Positions 10,077 through 20,652 of a stretch of 64,000 nucleotides of DNA are shown here, piece by piece. The notes below the pieces were generated by a model. It saw only the letters and a program-made list of their open reading frames with translations, did not search any database and was not told the origin of the DNA. How positions within the stretch are numbered: the stretch's first letter is position 1; each line of letters starts with the position of its first letter. This stretch comes from an uncultured Desulfosarcina sp. GTDB lineage: Bacteria > Desulfobacterota > Desulfobacteria > Desulfobacterales > Desulfosarcinaceae. The stretch is taken from positions 2,240,001-2,304,000 of the forward strand of contig CAXXWQ010000004.1 of assembly GCA_963674945.2 (NCBI GenBank), written 5' to 3'. Both the position numbers and the translations under genes were made by a program.

Positions 10077-10411
10077 TTAAAGCATTCCTTTTTCTTTGAG
10101 ATACTCAAATAGCATTGAGATCTGAGAGCCGGCCAAAGTACCACCTAAGGATAGGGAAACAGAGCAAACTTCCAAGATCTCTTCAGTCGTTGCGCCGTTA
10201 TTAATCGCATGATCTGCCTGCCCTAAAATACAACCTTTGCATCCTGCTATAATTCCTCCACAAAGGGCTATCAACCTTTTTGTCTTGGAATCTAGAGCGC
10301 CATTACTGTAGACGGCTTCATAGTGGTCCTTAAATTTGTGATTGGTTCCAGGAAGATTTAGTAGTTCATTGAAAATTGTCCTGATCCCTTCAAGTTCTTT
10401 GGTTTTGTCCA
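10077..10411 (-). CDS. Carboxymuconolactone decarboxylase/AhpD family protein (probable gene cassette)
   Basis: GALDSKTKRLIAL, CKGC, GATTEEILE; begins just after the attC core GTTGGAC. Confidence 0.85.
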
Positions 10412-10440
10412 TAGTTCTGTTCCTTTTTATCTTTTCAAAA

Positions 10441-10502
10441 GTCCAACGCAGAGCTGTGGGGCGGCATGGTCCTCGCTGTCCCACACCATCGTGTTGTTAG
10501 CC
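10441..10502 (-). other. attC site
   Basis: GGCTAAC overlapping the TAA stop, imperfect palindrome GTGTGGGAC/GCCCCACAGC, GTTGGAC core; 62 bp. Confidence 0.8.
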
Positions 10503-10643
10503 ATTCTCGTAATTAAAATTCTCTGTCAAGCCAATTAGATGGTCAATAAACATTGTCGCATCACTATAGGCTGTATCCCCGTCAGTGCCTTGATGCTCTG
10601 GATCATGACCGATATCAATATACATCCAAAAATTATCAAGTTT

Positions 10644-12049
10644 CATTGCTGTCCAAAATAATCAGAAACCCGCAACTGCTCTTTGATATTTCAACGTGTT
10701 AGGCGAGAAATCCGCCTAACTTCAGAATCAGGTTGCCTCTTTCAGTTGGTGCTGTCCAATTCCCTTAAACGGAAGAGGATATTGGACAGACTGAGTCGTT
10801 CCGGGAAGGACATCAAATGGCTTGTCGATCCATTCCCATAAATCCCTGTAAGTAAAAAGATTCCATCTGAGAAAAGCAACCAGATTTGACAACGACCAAT
10901 TGAATCGGGACTTAAACTTCAGGTACTTGATTAGCAGCATGGCAATTAATGCTGTCCAAATCTGGATATACAGCGCATTCTCGCTGGTTCCAACAAAGGT
11001 TTTCACCTTCAGATTCTGTTTGAGTGCCTTGAAGAACAATTCTATTTGCCATCGATCTTTGTAAATGGCGGATATTGTGGTGGCCCCAAATTCCAGATGA
11101 TTGGTCAGCAATACGATTTCACGATCCTGTTCTTTATCCCAAACGGTTACCTTTCGTAGCGTGTGGGGACAATTCTTACGAGCGTAGTGACCGTTGAACT
11201 GGATCAATTCGTCGGACAGGATGTTTCTATTGAAAGGGACCTGTCGTTGTTCAATCACCGTGTAATCGGCATTGTCCTTTAAACGGGTGACAAAATAGAT
11301 CTGATTTTCCGTCCAGTAGGCAAATAGCCGATAATCATTATACCCCCGATCCATGGCGACGATCGATTGGGGTGACAGAGGAATCTTACGGGCAATGGTG
11401 ACATCATGCTTTTTGCCGTTGGAGATATAAGCATAGGTCGGCAGATACCCGTCATGATCCAATAGCAAGTGAAGTTTAACGGCCCCCTTGGTCTGGCGGA
11501 ATTTTGCCCACGGAAAAAGCGACAAACACAGCGAAATGGTTGAACTGTCCAGCGACAGCAACTTATTTTTAAATCGGAACCGATGTTTGCCTGGACCTGT
11601 CATCTTGCACACATCAAGTGTCTGGTAAAAAAGGTCGCGATACATTTGCCAGGGCCGATGGGCATTGGCATAGGACAACGTGGATTTGTTCGGCGCCTTT
11701 TTCACCCCAAGGTGACGGAGTTTGCCAAGGCAACAGGATAATCCGCCACAAATTTCACGCAGACTCTTGGCTTGAGCCAGTTGACAAAAAAGCATGGCTA
11801 CAAAATGGTCCCAACTGCTGAAGCCTTTTGCGTAACGTTCAGCTTGATGACGAAAAACCAGATTGAAAAATTGACCTCGATGAAACAAAGCAACCAGTTG
11901 ACTGAACAAGCTTGCATGGCGTACCATCTGTCTGCCTCCTTTGTTTGGCTAACGGTTTCTTTTGGCGATTAAACCATGCCTTACAAGGAGGCTTTTTTTC
12001 AAGTGCTTATCGAATTACTTCTGTTCAAATCGGTTCTTGGACAAGAGTG
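10644..12049 (-). mobile_element. IS4-family insertion sequence with 9-bp target duplication
   Basis: Imperfect TIRs CATTGCTGTCCAAAA / CACTCTTGTCCAAGA; ATCAAGTTT at 10635-10643 and 12050-12058. Confidence 0.92.
10728..11927 (-). CDS. IS4-family DDE transposase (DUF4372-type N-terminus)
   Basis: LDSSTI, VKLH, MDRGY and Y-x2-R-x3-E-x6-K (YKDRWQIELFFKALK). Confidence 0.95.
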   Translation of the reverse strand: MVRHASLFSQLVALFHRGQFFNLVFRHQAERYAKGFSSWDHFVAMLFCQLAQAKSLREICGGLSCCLGKLRHLGVKKAPNKSTLSYANAHRPWQMYRDLFYQTLDVCKMTGPGKHRFRFKNKLLSLDSSTISLCLSLFPWAKFRQTKGAVKLHLLLDHDGYLPTYAYISNGKKHDVTIARKIPLSPQSIVAMDRGYNDYRLFAYWTENQIYFVTRLKDNADYTVIEQRQVPFNRNILSDELIQFNGHYARKNCPHTLRKVTVWDKEQDREIVLLTNHLEFGATTISAIYKDRWQIELFFKALKQNLKVKTFVGTSENALYIQIWTALIAMLLIKYLKFKSRFNWSLSNLVAFLRWNLFTYRDLWEWIDKPFDVLPGTTQSVQYPLPFKGIGQHQLKEAT

Positions 12050-12477
12050 ATCAAGTTTAAAAACCAAATCACGAGCCTTTTTTACGATTTCAATCAGTTC
12101 TGAGAATTCTTCGTTTACCAGAACTGTCGGAAGATCATGAGCAATTTTATTTCTCATATCCCTCATTGTAATAATCTGATCGACGTCATCCGAAGTTATC
12201 GCTTCGTAATGCTCGGCTAAGTATTTGGCACTTGCTATTAAAGGGTTATTGTGACGTACAAGAACATCTTTTTCGTAATCATCTGAATATTTATCACCAC
12301 CATATCCAAATCCTATCAAAAATTCAAATTTAGTCCTCGGTAAAACCATTGATTTTATAATTTCATACGAAGATAAAATTATACTTGTTGCCAAAAGCTT
12401 TAATCTAAGCTCATGAGGATTTTCTGAATTTAGTGGTTTAGTATGTCGATTTCCAACCATTATTCTCTTTTACTGCT

Positions 12478-12496
12478 GGCTAACCAATAATTAGAT
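12478..12496 (-). other. attI-like simple site
   Basis: Minus strand ATCTAAT-TATTG-GTTAGCC (L box, 5-bp spacer, R box); GTTAGCC is the exact reverse complement of the cassette's attC GGCTAAC. Confidence 0.6.
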
Positions 12497-12798
12497 AATT
12501 TCGGTACAACTCCAAACATGAATGCTATACAGAAAGCAGACAATTACCATTTAAGTGGAATCATGGTCGTGGAGCATTGAAAAACCACTTTTTCCGCCTC
12601 CGTTCAAAATGACCGAAATGAGCAAATTCATCTTGGGGAGCAGATGAGGATCTATGAGCGGTACATTGGAATTAAAGAAAAATTTCGTGGATATTTCAAG
12701 AAAAAACAACGAATTCGCTTTAGAAGGATTAGTTCTCCTTTTGCCGCCGTTTCTTTTCCAAATTTGTATCCAACTGCGGGCAAAAGGAAGAACGGGTT

Positions 12799-13551
12799 TT
12801 ACGAATTCGGCTGTTCGGCCGTACCCGGATCCTGGAAAAGATTTTTACGATCCAGATGGTACAAGGTGGCCCCAACGGGTGCGAAGCTGAGAAAAAGCAG
12901 GTTCGCGATGGGAATGAGAAACAGAAGCCCGAATCCCAGGTGGAAGGGGAGGGACTTGACCAGGGTCGAAAAGCGTTCTTTGAATGGCGCAAGGTTCCGG
13001 GCCGGGATGAGATCGGTGTTGTCCCAGGCCAGAAAGATCACCGCCACCAACGGGCCGACGACGGTGAGTACCGGCCCCAGCGGCGTGAGCCAACCCAGAA
13101 CCATGATAAAAAGTGTTAAAATGACAGGGATGATGTTGCGGGGCACTTCCTGACGCAGCAAGAATCCCATCTGGGACAAGATCGAAACCGTCGGTGATGA
13201 GGCCTGTTCGCCGGTGATCAATCGTTCTGTAACACGGGACATGAGATCCATGACGAATACGGCGAAAAGGACTTGGGACAACAGGTAGGCGATAATGGCG
13301 GCTATGCCGATGAGCAGAAGGGAAAGAAGCCAGCTGAGCAGGTGCCAGGCCCAGGCAATCCAGGCGCTTTCGGGCTGGTGCCAAAGCAGCGCTAATATTT
13401 CTCCATGATAGGCCAGCACCAATCCGGCCACACCCAAAGTAAAAATCGCCGTCACGGCAAAGCGCAAGAAACCCAAAAACAGCAAACGGGGAGTGCGAAG
13501 ACTCAGCCAAAGTCCCCTGAGATTGTAAACGATTCCGGACACGAGGCTCAT
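12799..13551 (-). CDS. EI24/CysZ-like membrane protein
   Basis: Multiple TM helices and PIANLLFLSFAPVGATL end typical of the family. Confidence 0.7.
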   Translation of the reverse strand: MSLVSGIVYNLRGLWLSLRTPRLLFLGFLRFAVTAIFTLGVAGLVLAYHGEILALLWHQPESAWIAWAWHLLSWLLSLLLIGIAAIIAYLLSQVLFAVFVMDLMSRVTERLITGEQASSPTVSILSQMGFLLRQEVPRNIIPVILTLFIMVLGWLTPLGPVLTVVGPLVAVIFLAWDNTDLIPARNLAPFKERFSTLVKSLPFHLGFGLLFLIPIANLLFLSFAPVGATLYHLDRKNLFQDPGTAEQPNS

Positions 13552-13603
13552 CTATTCCTCCTTTGCATGCTGATTACGAAAGGCAAACCGCTCACCGCAG
13601 GAG

Positions 13604-14596
13604 CTATCCCTGCTGAAAAGCGACAACCTCGGAGGCATGGGTAAGATATACTTCCTGTTTCAACTCCGGCAGCATCTCTTTCAACACCTTGAGGGTAACC
13701 GCATGGGGGTGGGCGATACCGATGGCGTATCCCTGGCGGCGGGCACGCTTAATCAACTGTTTAATCTGATTGCGAATAAATTCGGAACGCTGTTCGTGGT
13801 CGATGAACACGTCCCGTTCTGCAAAGGGAAGCTGAAGAAGCTGGGCCGACGGTGCGCACAGTGTCCGGGTCGATGTTCGGCTGTCCACGAAAAACAGATT
13901 CCGTTTCTTCAATGTGGTGAAAATCTGGCGCATCTGCGCAGAAGAGGCTGTGAGCTTTGACCCCATGTGATTGTTGACACCCTTGACACCGGGAATGCTG
14001 TCGAGGTTTTCATTGAGCTGTGCAATGAGGGTGTCCGGATCCATGGAAGTAAGCAAGGCACCCGGTCCCGGATCCACTGCAGGAAAACCGTCCGGCTCCA
14101 TGGGCAGATGGAGCATAATCTCCACGTCCTTTTCTAAAGCCCGGTCGATAATCTTGTGGTTAAAGGTCCCATTGGGCAAAACCGAAAAGGTGAGGGGGAT
14201 GTCCAGGGCCAAGAACCCCTCGGCCATTTCGTAATCGTAGCCAATATCGTCGATGATGATGGCCACGGGAATACCATTGGTGATCGGCTTTACCCGTGTG
14301 ATCGGTTTGGGTGGTACAATATTCTCCCGGTGAAAGGCCTCATACTCCGGAACACGATGGTGGACCGGATGGGAGTCCTGCCGGGTGACGGGTCTGGATG
14401 GCGGTGGCTTGGGCTTCGTTTTCTCCGGTGGAGAGGACCGGGTAACCAGAAAGTTCGTCAGGAGTCCTGCCGTCACCAACAGACAAACCAGGATGGTCAC
14501 CCCGGCTACGATCTTCATGAACTGGCGCTTTAGACTTTCTTTGGCTTTCTTCGATTTTTTTCGTGCCCTGGGTTTCGCCGATCCCTTCTTAGCCAT
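13604..14596 (-). CDS. Divergent polysaccharide deacetylase (YibQ family)
   Basis: AIIIDDIG, LHLPMEP, NNHMGS, FVDSRT, RDVFID, AIGIAHP. Confidence 0.92.
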   Translation of the reverse strand: MAKKGSAKPRARKKSKKAKESLKRQFMKIVAGVTILVCLLVTAGLLTNFLVTRSSPPEKTKPKPPPSRPVTRQDSHPVHHRVPEYEAFHRENIVPPKPITRVKPITNGIPVAIIIDDIGYDYEMAEGFLALDIPLTFSVLPNGTFNHKIIDRALEKDVEIMLHLPMEPDGFPAVDPGPGALLTSMDPDTLIAQLNENLDSIPGVKGVNNHMGSKLTASSAQMRQIFTTLKKRNLFFVDSRTSTRTLCAPSAQLLQLPFAERDVFIDHEQRSEFIRNQIKQLIKRARRQGYAIGIAHPHAVTLKVLKEMLPELKQEVYLTHASEVVAFQQG

Positions 14597-15959
14597 TTTT
14601 CAATTCTTTGAAAATATCGTAACTGACCAGAATGTCCAAGGCACGCAAAACCTGATTGTCGCTTAAGAGGGATTCCCGGTCCAGGGGACTGTGTCTTGAT
14701 TTATACTGTTTGAGTGCCGGCGGTTCTTCAACGGCGTCTGTCTCGGGTTGGTCTGAATCGGCGGTCGTATCTTCCCCTGCTTCGGGTTCCGCATCCAGGT
14801 GGTTTTTCAAGTCCTTTTCCTTGATCATCCGTCGATCTGCATCTTTCGTTTCTTCAATAACCCGATGTTGCACCTCCACGTCAGGTTCGACGCCTTTGGC
14901 CTGGATGGACCGACCCGATGGGGTATAGTAGCGGGCGATGGTATATTTGAGTCCATACCCATCCCGCAGCGTCTCTATGGTTTGAACAGACCCCTTGCCA
15001 AAGGATGTTGTCCCCAGGATAAGCGCCCGTTTATGATCCTGGAGGGCGCCGGCAACGATCTCGGATGCACTGGCACTGCCGCCGTTGATCAAAACCACGA
15101 TGGGATAATCTCGCTGTATGTCATTGGCATGGGCCTTGAAAACTTTCGTGGTTTTTCCCCCCCGCCCCTTGATGCTGAGAATCTCGCCCGACTCCAGGAA
15201 AAGATCGGATACCTCGATGGCCTGATTGAGGATGCCGCCGGGGTTGTCCCGGAGATCCAGAATGAGCCCTTTCATGGGGGTCTCGCCGGAATCCATGGCG
15301 GCGAGGGCTTCGATCAGGTCTCCCGTTGTGTTCTCCCGGAAATTGGTGACCCAGACGTATCCGTATCCAGGCTTGATTATGTCTGCCTTGACGCTATAGA
15401 TGGGGATCACGTCTCGTATCAACTCGAAGTCGAGCGGTTCCGTCTCGCCCTTGCGCAAAATCGTGATCTTTACCTTCGTTCCCTTGGGGCCGCGCATTCT
15501 TTTGACGGCATCCCTCAAATCCTCGGTGGGTTTATCGTCTACCTTAATGATCCGGTCCCCGGCTTTGATGCCGGCCCGGTAAGCCGGCGTCCCTTCGATG
15601 GGGGAGATCACCGTCACCAGATTGTCCCGCATGGTGATATGAATACCGATACCGGTGAATTCCCCATGGGTGTCGATCTGAAGCTCTTTGAGGGCATCGG
15701 GAGGAAGCAGTGTGGAGTGAGGATCCAGACTGTGAACCATTCCCTGGATGGCAGCCTCGATCATCTTTTTCTGATCCACCTCATCCACATAATTCTTCTG
15801 CACCAGCTCAATGACGTCAGTAAAAAGCGTCAATCCTTCGTACGACTCTTCAATATTGGCAGACAGATCCCGGTAAAAGCCGTGCCCGAGTATCAATGCG
15901 GCTGCCACGAGCACCATTGCCACACCCAGTTTCAGGTGTCGGGTTTTTCTGACGGTCAT
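14589..15959 (-). CDS. ctpA: S41 carboxy-terminal processing protease
   Basis: PDZ GIGI, LDLRDNPGG, SASASEI, FGKGSVQ. Confidence 0.92.
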   Translation of the reverse strand: MTVRKTRHLKLGVAMVLVAAALILGHGFYRDLSANIEESYEGLTLFTDVIELVQKNYVDEVDQKKMIEAAIQGMVHSLDPHSTLLPPDALKELQIDTHGEFTGIGIHITMRDNLVTVISPIEGTPAYRAGIKAGDRIIKVDDKPTEDLRDAVKRMRGPKGTKVKITILRKGETEPLDFELIRDVIPIYSVKADIIKPGYGYVWVTNFRENTTGDLIEALAAMDSGETPMKGLILDLRDNPGGILNQAIEVSDLFLESGEILSIKGRGGKTTKVFKAHANDIQRDYPIVVLINGGSASASEIVAGALQDHKRALILGTTSFGKGSVQTIETLRDGYGLKYTIARYYTPSGRSIQAKGVEPDVEVQHRVIEETKDADRRMIKEKDLKNHLDAEPEAGEDTTADSDQPETDAVEEPPALKQYKSRHSPLDRESLLSDNQVLRALDILVSYDIFKELKNG

Positions 15960-15970
15960 GTAAATTTCCC

Positions 15971-17428
15971 CTATCCTTTCTTGATCCAATGCAGTGGATT
16001 CATCGGCTTACCGCGGTAACGAACTTCAAAATGAAGACCCGCCCCGATCAGTGAGCCTGTATCGCCAACGGTGGCGATGACCTCACCGGTTTCTACCGGA
16101 TCTCCCTTGGACTTGAATTGTTCTTCCAAATGGGCATAGACGGTGTAGTAATGGTCTCCATGATCGATGATCATCATGTTTCCGAAGCCCTTGAACCAGG
16201 AAGAAAACAACGTCTGTCCGCCATAAACGGCACGAACAGGCTCCCCCCTGTCCGCCTTTATCGCAATACCACTTTGAAATCGGGTAACGTTTAATCGTTC
16301 ATCATTAAATTGCCCGAAAAAAGAAATTATTTTACCGTTCACCGGCATCATAAGCAAGCCCTTAAGCGAGGCAAACGGTTTTTCCCGAATCTCCATCTGA
16401 GGCAAGGTCTCTGTTGATGCGCTTTTTTCTCCAAGCGCCACCATTTTTCGATCCAGTTCCCTGGTCGAGGCTTCCAAGGATGCAATGGCGGCCAGCTGTA
16501 AGGATTTCTTGCTGCGAATTTCGGCAAGCAGTGCCTCCCGTTTGGCCTGCCGGCGATTCATGGTACCGATACGGTCGTCCAGTTTCGCCTTCGTAACCTG
16601 TTTCTCTTTCTTTTGGGTTCCCAGTTGTGCCAAGAGTGCTTGCATCCGGGACCGGTCCCTCTCCAATTGGGCCATTACAACCTCGTCCTGTGCCAAAATC
16701 CGTTCCATGGCCCGCTTGTTGATCAAAAAATCGAACATGGATTGTGCGGACGCCAAAATATGGAACCGTCCCAACCAGTTGAGTTTGTAAAGGGCGGTCA
16801 GTCGACCCGCTACATACTCCTCATTGACCCTGGCACGGGTTTCGATTTGTTCGTATTGATCTTCCAACCGCTTTATCCGCTTTGCAATTGCCTTCAACTC
16901 ATCTGTGAGGATGGTAACCTTCCGACGGGCATCGGTCAACGCTCTTTCCGTTTCATCCAGTGCCTTGATTACGTCCGTCTCGTTTTTTACAAAAACGTCC
17001 AGCTTCTTTTGATGAACCACAATTTTCTGATTAATAGTATCGGTCGAAGTTGCCTTTTCTTCAGTTGCAGGCTCTTTCTGCGGGGAGGAATCCACCGGAT
17101 CGTCGATACGCAGAAAGGATTCCCGGTTCATGACAAATCCCGTTTGGTCTCCGTGCAGAATCCGAACCCACTCACCCTCGTAGGAAAGCACCAGCACGCG
17201 GGTGCCTTTGTGCAAGGTGGCGATAACCGCATTGTGTCGTCCGGGGCCGGCACGCATGTTGAGGACCCGTGCGAGGACCGTCGCCGGTTGTTGAATGTTC
17301 GCTCCCAGCGGCGGACCGGGAAAAAGCCCTGCGAGGAGTATCGACAATCCCAGCCATGGGAAAAATTTTCTTGCATCGCTTGATAAGGGAAAGACGTACA
17401 TCCGGTTTCTACCCCAACGCACCATCAT
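15971..17428 (-). CDS. envC: EnvC-like murein hydrolase activator (SH3, coiled coil, M23)
   Basis: LNMRAGPG SH3 motif, long coiled coil, YAHL and LHFEVR; follows ftsEX; start uncertain. Confidence 0.8.
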   Translation of the reverse strand: MMVRWGRNRMYVFPLSSDARKFFPWLGLSILLAGLFPGPPLGANIQQPATVLARVLNMRAGPGRHNAVIATLHKGTRVLVLSYEGEWVRILHGDQTGFVMNRESFLRIDDPVDSSPQKEPATEEKATSTDTINQKIVVHQKKLDVFVKNETDVIKALDETERALTDARRKVTILTDELKAIAKRIKRLEDQYEQIETRARVNEEYVAGRLTALYKLNWLGRFHILASAQSMFDFLINKRAMERILAQDEVVMAQLERDRSRMQALLAQLGTQKKEKQVTKAKLDDRIGTMNRRQAKREALLAEIRSKKSLQLAAIASLEASTRELDRKMVALGEKSASTETLPQMEIREKPFASLKGLLMMPVNGKIISFFGQFNDERLNVTRFQSGIAIKADRGEPVRAVYGGQTLFSSWFKGFGNMMIIDHGDHYYTVYAHLEEQFKSKGDPVETGEVIATVGDTGSLIGAGLHFEVRYRGKPMNPLHWIKKG

Positions 17429-18323
17429 TTTTTTTCAAAAATTGCCGTAGGGAAAAAAAACAACCCAAAAGTCCCGTTATTATACCACATCCGATGATTG
17501 CGGCACAGATCTTCGGTGGAAAGAAGCGAATGGTCATCACTTCGGCCGCCAGTGATTGCCCGAAATGGGATCCCAAGGCCGAAACCGCCCCATAAAGAAG
17601 ACCCAGCCCGACGACGCTGCCAAAAAGGCCATGAATCATTCCCTCCAGAAAAAAAGGATTCCTGATAAAACTGTCAGTGGCTCCGACCAGACGCATGATC
17701 TGGATCTCTTCCCTTCTGGCGTAGAGCATCAAACGGATGGTGTTGGCGGTGATGAACACGGTGGCCATAAAGAACATGGTTCCCATACCGTATCCGACCA
17801 GCTTGAACAGGTTGAAAAAGGATCCGAACCGTTCGATCCACTGCTGTCCGTACTCCACCTCCGCGACCGATGTCAGGCTTTCGATGCGCCGGGACAAGAA
17901 TTCGATTTTTTCCGGTGCATCGGTCTCCATGGCCAGGGTAACTTCGAAGGCGTCGGGCAAAGGATTATCTTTCAGGTTTTCCAACAAAGAACGCTGCCGA
18001 ACCATTTTTTTCTTCAATATCTCCAATGCCTGCTGTTTGGAAACGAAGCGAATTCGCCGAACACCGGAAATGGCCAAAAGGCGCTCTTCCGTCTCTTGGC
18101 GCTGGTCATCGGTGGTGTCCGGAGCCAGGTACACCATTAGGCGGATTCCTTTTTTCCATCTGTCGAACTGGTCCTGGGCGTTGAGGAAAAAGAGCCCGGA
18201 CGCACTGACAATGAAAACGGAGAGGGCGATGGTAACGACCGTCACCGCATTGAGAAAACGGTTATCGAGAATATCTTCGATTGCGCGCCTGAGGTAGAAG
18301 GTCATTTCATCATCAATCTTCAC
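17409..18323 (-). CDS. ftsX: Cell division permease FtsX
   Basis: NPLPD, NTIRL, EIQIMRLVGAT. Confidence 0.92.
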   Translation of the reverse strand: MKIDDEMTFYLRRAIEDILDNRFLNAVTVVTIALSVFIVSASGLFFLNAQDQFDRWKKGIRLMVYLAPDTTDDQRQETEERLLAISGVRRIRFVSKQQALEILKKKMVRQRSLLENLKDNPLPDAFEVTLAMETDAPEKIEFLSRRIESLTSVAEVEYGQQWIERFGSFFNLFKLVGYGMGTMFFMATVFITANTIRLMLYARREEIQIMRLVGATDSFIRNPFFLEGMIHGLFGSVVGLGLLYGAVSALGSHFGQSLAAEVMTIRFFPPKICAAIIGCGIITGLLGCFFSLRQFLKKNDGALG

Positions 18324-19009
18324 ATATCGGGTGGCGGATCCAGTTGTCCCCCATGGATTTTCACGACACGGCCAATGGCATTTTCGATGAGGTTCTTGTC
18401 GTGGGTCGCCACCACGATGGTCGCACCACGCCGGTGAAACCGGTGCAGAAGCTGGAAAATAATGGCGGCCGATTCATCGTCCAGGCTTCCGGTTGGTTCG
18501 TCGGCGAGGATGATCTTGGGGTCACCGGCCACGGCCCGCGCCACGGCAACGCGCTGCTGCTCACCACCGGACAGGCTGGGGGGATAGGCGGTCAGTCGGT
18601 CTTCCAGGTCCACCACCCGCAAAAGAGCCCGGACCTTTTTTTCGATGATCTTGCGTTTTTTCCCCTGCGTTTCCAGCACCAGGGCCAGATTCTGGTAAAC
18701 CGTCCGCGTGGGAATGAGCTTGTAATCTTGAAATATTATACCGAACTTACGACGAAGAAAAGGGACCCGATGGTGGGGAATTCGGGAAAGATTCATGCCG
18801 TCAACCAGGATCTGTCCCTGGGAGACCGGTTCGGCCAGGTAAAGGAGTTTGAGCAGCGTCGATTTTCCCGCACCACTGGGGCCGGTAATGAACAGAAATT
18901 CGTTTTTTTCGATATCCAGGGTTACATCCACCAATGCCTGCTTGACGCCGTATCGCTTATGGACGTGAAACATCCGAACGATGGCGCTCTTGTGGGCCGT
19001 TTGGCTCAT
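18320..19009 (-). CDS. ftsE: Cell division ATP-binding protein FtsE
   Basis: [30 protein letters not shown]. Confidence 0.93.
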   Translation of the reverse strand: MSQTAHKSAIVRMFHVHKRYGVKQALVDVTLDIEKNEFLFITGPSGAGKSTLLKLLYLAEPVSQGQILVDGMNLSRIPHHRVPFLRRKFGIIFQDYKLIPTRTVYQNLALVLETQGKKRKIIEKKVRALLRVVDLEDRLTAYPPSLSGGEQQRVAVARAVAGDPKIILADEPTGSLDDESAAIIFQLLHRFHRRGATIVVATHDKNLIENAIGRVVKIHGGQLDPPPDM

Positions 19010-19247
19010 TGATTCACGATGGTCTGGATCATGGGGTTTGTCATTGACCGGCCACCTCGCACCTGTTATGAATCGGACAATTCGGGCTTAAGGAGTGCTG
19101 TTCCCAGTTTTCCTTGCCATAGCCTCCACTGAATCCCAATGACGGGCTTCTTCCAGTTCGGTGGAGGCTTTTTTATCTGAAAAATCCCTTAAAATCAAGT
19201 ATTTCTTATAAATCCGGTCGTATGCCCGGTCGTATATAAGGATTGTC

Positions 19248-19811
19248 ATGAAAGATGAACTAATGCGGTTGTTGTGTGAAAAGTCCTTCAAATACAGCGA
19301 AACACCTTCTTTCAAACTGGTTTCGGGCCGCATGAGCCGATTCTATGTAAATTGCAAGCCCACCACATTGCATCCCCGGGGAATGTATCTCACCGGCCAC
19401 TTGATGTTCGAGGCCATGAAGGACAGCGGCGCATCGGCAGTCGGCGGCCTCACCTTCGGTGCCGATCCCATCGCCATGGCCACGGCCTTCGCGTCGGAGT
19501 TGAAGGGGCAGCCCATGAATGCCTTTTCCATCCGAAAGGATCAAAAAGATCACGGCATCGTAAAATGGGTGGAGGGAGACGTCCAGCCGGGCGACAGGGT
19601 CGTGGTGATCGATGACGTTGCCACCACCGGCGGTTCCACCATCAAGGCAATCGAGCGCGCCCGGTCCGAAGGATTGGAAGTGATCCGTTCCGTGATCCTG
19701 GTGGATCGGCAGGAGGGGGGATTGGAGAACATCCGAAAACACGTTCCCGATGCATCCGCCATCATCACCCGGGATGAACTTTTAGAATGCTGGAAACGGA
19801 TGAAGGCCTGA
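19248..19811 (+). CDS. pyrE: Orotate phosphoribosyltransferase
   Basis: FKLVSG, IRK-x2-[15 protein letters not shown]. Confidence 0.93.
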   Translation: MKDELMRLLCEKSFKYSETPSFKLVSGRMSRFYVNCKPTTLHPRGMYLTGHLMFEAMKDSGASAVGGLTFGADPIAMATAFASELKGQPMNAFSIRKDQKDHGIVKWVEGDVQPGDRVVVIDDVATTGGSTIKAIERARSEGLEVIRSVILVDRQEGGLENIRKHVPDASAIITRDELLECWKRMKA

Positions 19812-20009
19812 TCAATGGTCGGGCACAATATGTTGTGCTTATTTCCCATTGACAACCTATCCGGCAGCCGGGTAAACGTTCAAGTGGTGTCCTGTTTCGG
19901 TTCAGGCCCAAATGGTATCCGGGGAAATCCCGGCTGACAGGCGCCGGCACTAGCTCGGCCTTTATATGTCCCCAACCGTGAGGGGAGATTCGTTTTCAGG
20001 GAAAAAAGC

Positions 20010-20474
20010 ATGACCAAATTTGCAAAAGACATCATGGTGTCGACCTTTGACAAAATTCACGAAAATGCCCCTGTCCGGGATGCCATCCAGATGGTCCTTA
20101 ACGGCAAAGTCAGGGACACGGGCTTCAAATCCATCAGCCTAATCGTTGTGAATGCTTATAAACAACTGGCCGGGGTGATCACCATGTACGACATCCTCTA
20201 TCATTTGCGTCCAGACTTTCTCAATTATGATGTCATTAGCGCGGAACAGATATCCTGGGGCGACCAGTTAGAGCGCTATATCGAGGCGCTGAAAAATAAA
20301 AAGGTCAATCAGGTTATGAGCAGACATGTGGTCAGCGCCGCCGCGGATGAACACATCATGGTGATTCTAGACCGCATGATCAAGAACAAGTATCGCCGCC
20401 TGCCGGTCGTGGAGGCCAACCGGCCGATAGGCATCATTTACATATCCGATATTTATTGTCATCTTTTCAAGTAA
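20010..20474 (+). CDS. CBS domain protein
   Basis: AKDIM, GVITMYDI, VNQVM, RRLPVV, GII-x2-SDI. Confidence 0.85.
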   Translation: MTKFAKDIMVSTFDKIHENAPVRDAIQMVLNGKVRDTGFKSISLIVVNAYKQLAGVITMYDILYHLRPDFLNYDVISAEQISWGDQLERYIEALKNKKVNQVMSRHVVSAAADEHIMVILDRMIKNKYRRLPVVEANRPIGIIYISDIYCHLFK

Positions 20475-20652
20475 CCGCCTGTCGCAGCAGACTTTGCTCC
20501 TTTCTCAACCTATGAGATGACAAAGATATGTACAGGATCTCTGGCGGGATTGGGGTGGGAAAAAACTTGTATTTTCAGCTATCTTCAAAAATGTCAGATT
20601 AGAAAAGTATTTGAGATTAGAATGCATCGAGACACCTGGTCTTCATCGACAT

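Larger units (their letters stand above)
10497..12460 (-). pseudogene. HEPN-motif protein cassette gene split by the IS4 element
   Basis: Removing the IS and one target copy rejoins ...ARDLVFKLD to NFWMYIDIGHDP...YENG-stop in frame; RNKIAH motif. Confidence 0.8.

Noticed and set aside
12707..12810. Hairpin TTCTCCTTTTGCC/GGCAAAAGGAAGAA with TTTTACGAA end as another family A copy
   Set aside because: Only about 9 bp resemble the TIR; more simply a terminator-like hairpin after the EI24/CysZ gene.
12500..13153. Possible integron integrase upstream of the attI-like site (ORF 12644-13153)
   Set aside because: No tyrosine-recombinase R, HxxR or Y motifs; mostly antisense to the EI24/CysZ gene.
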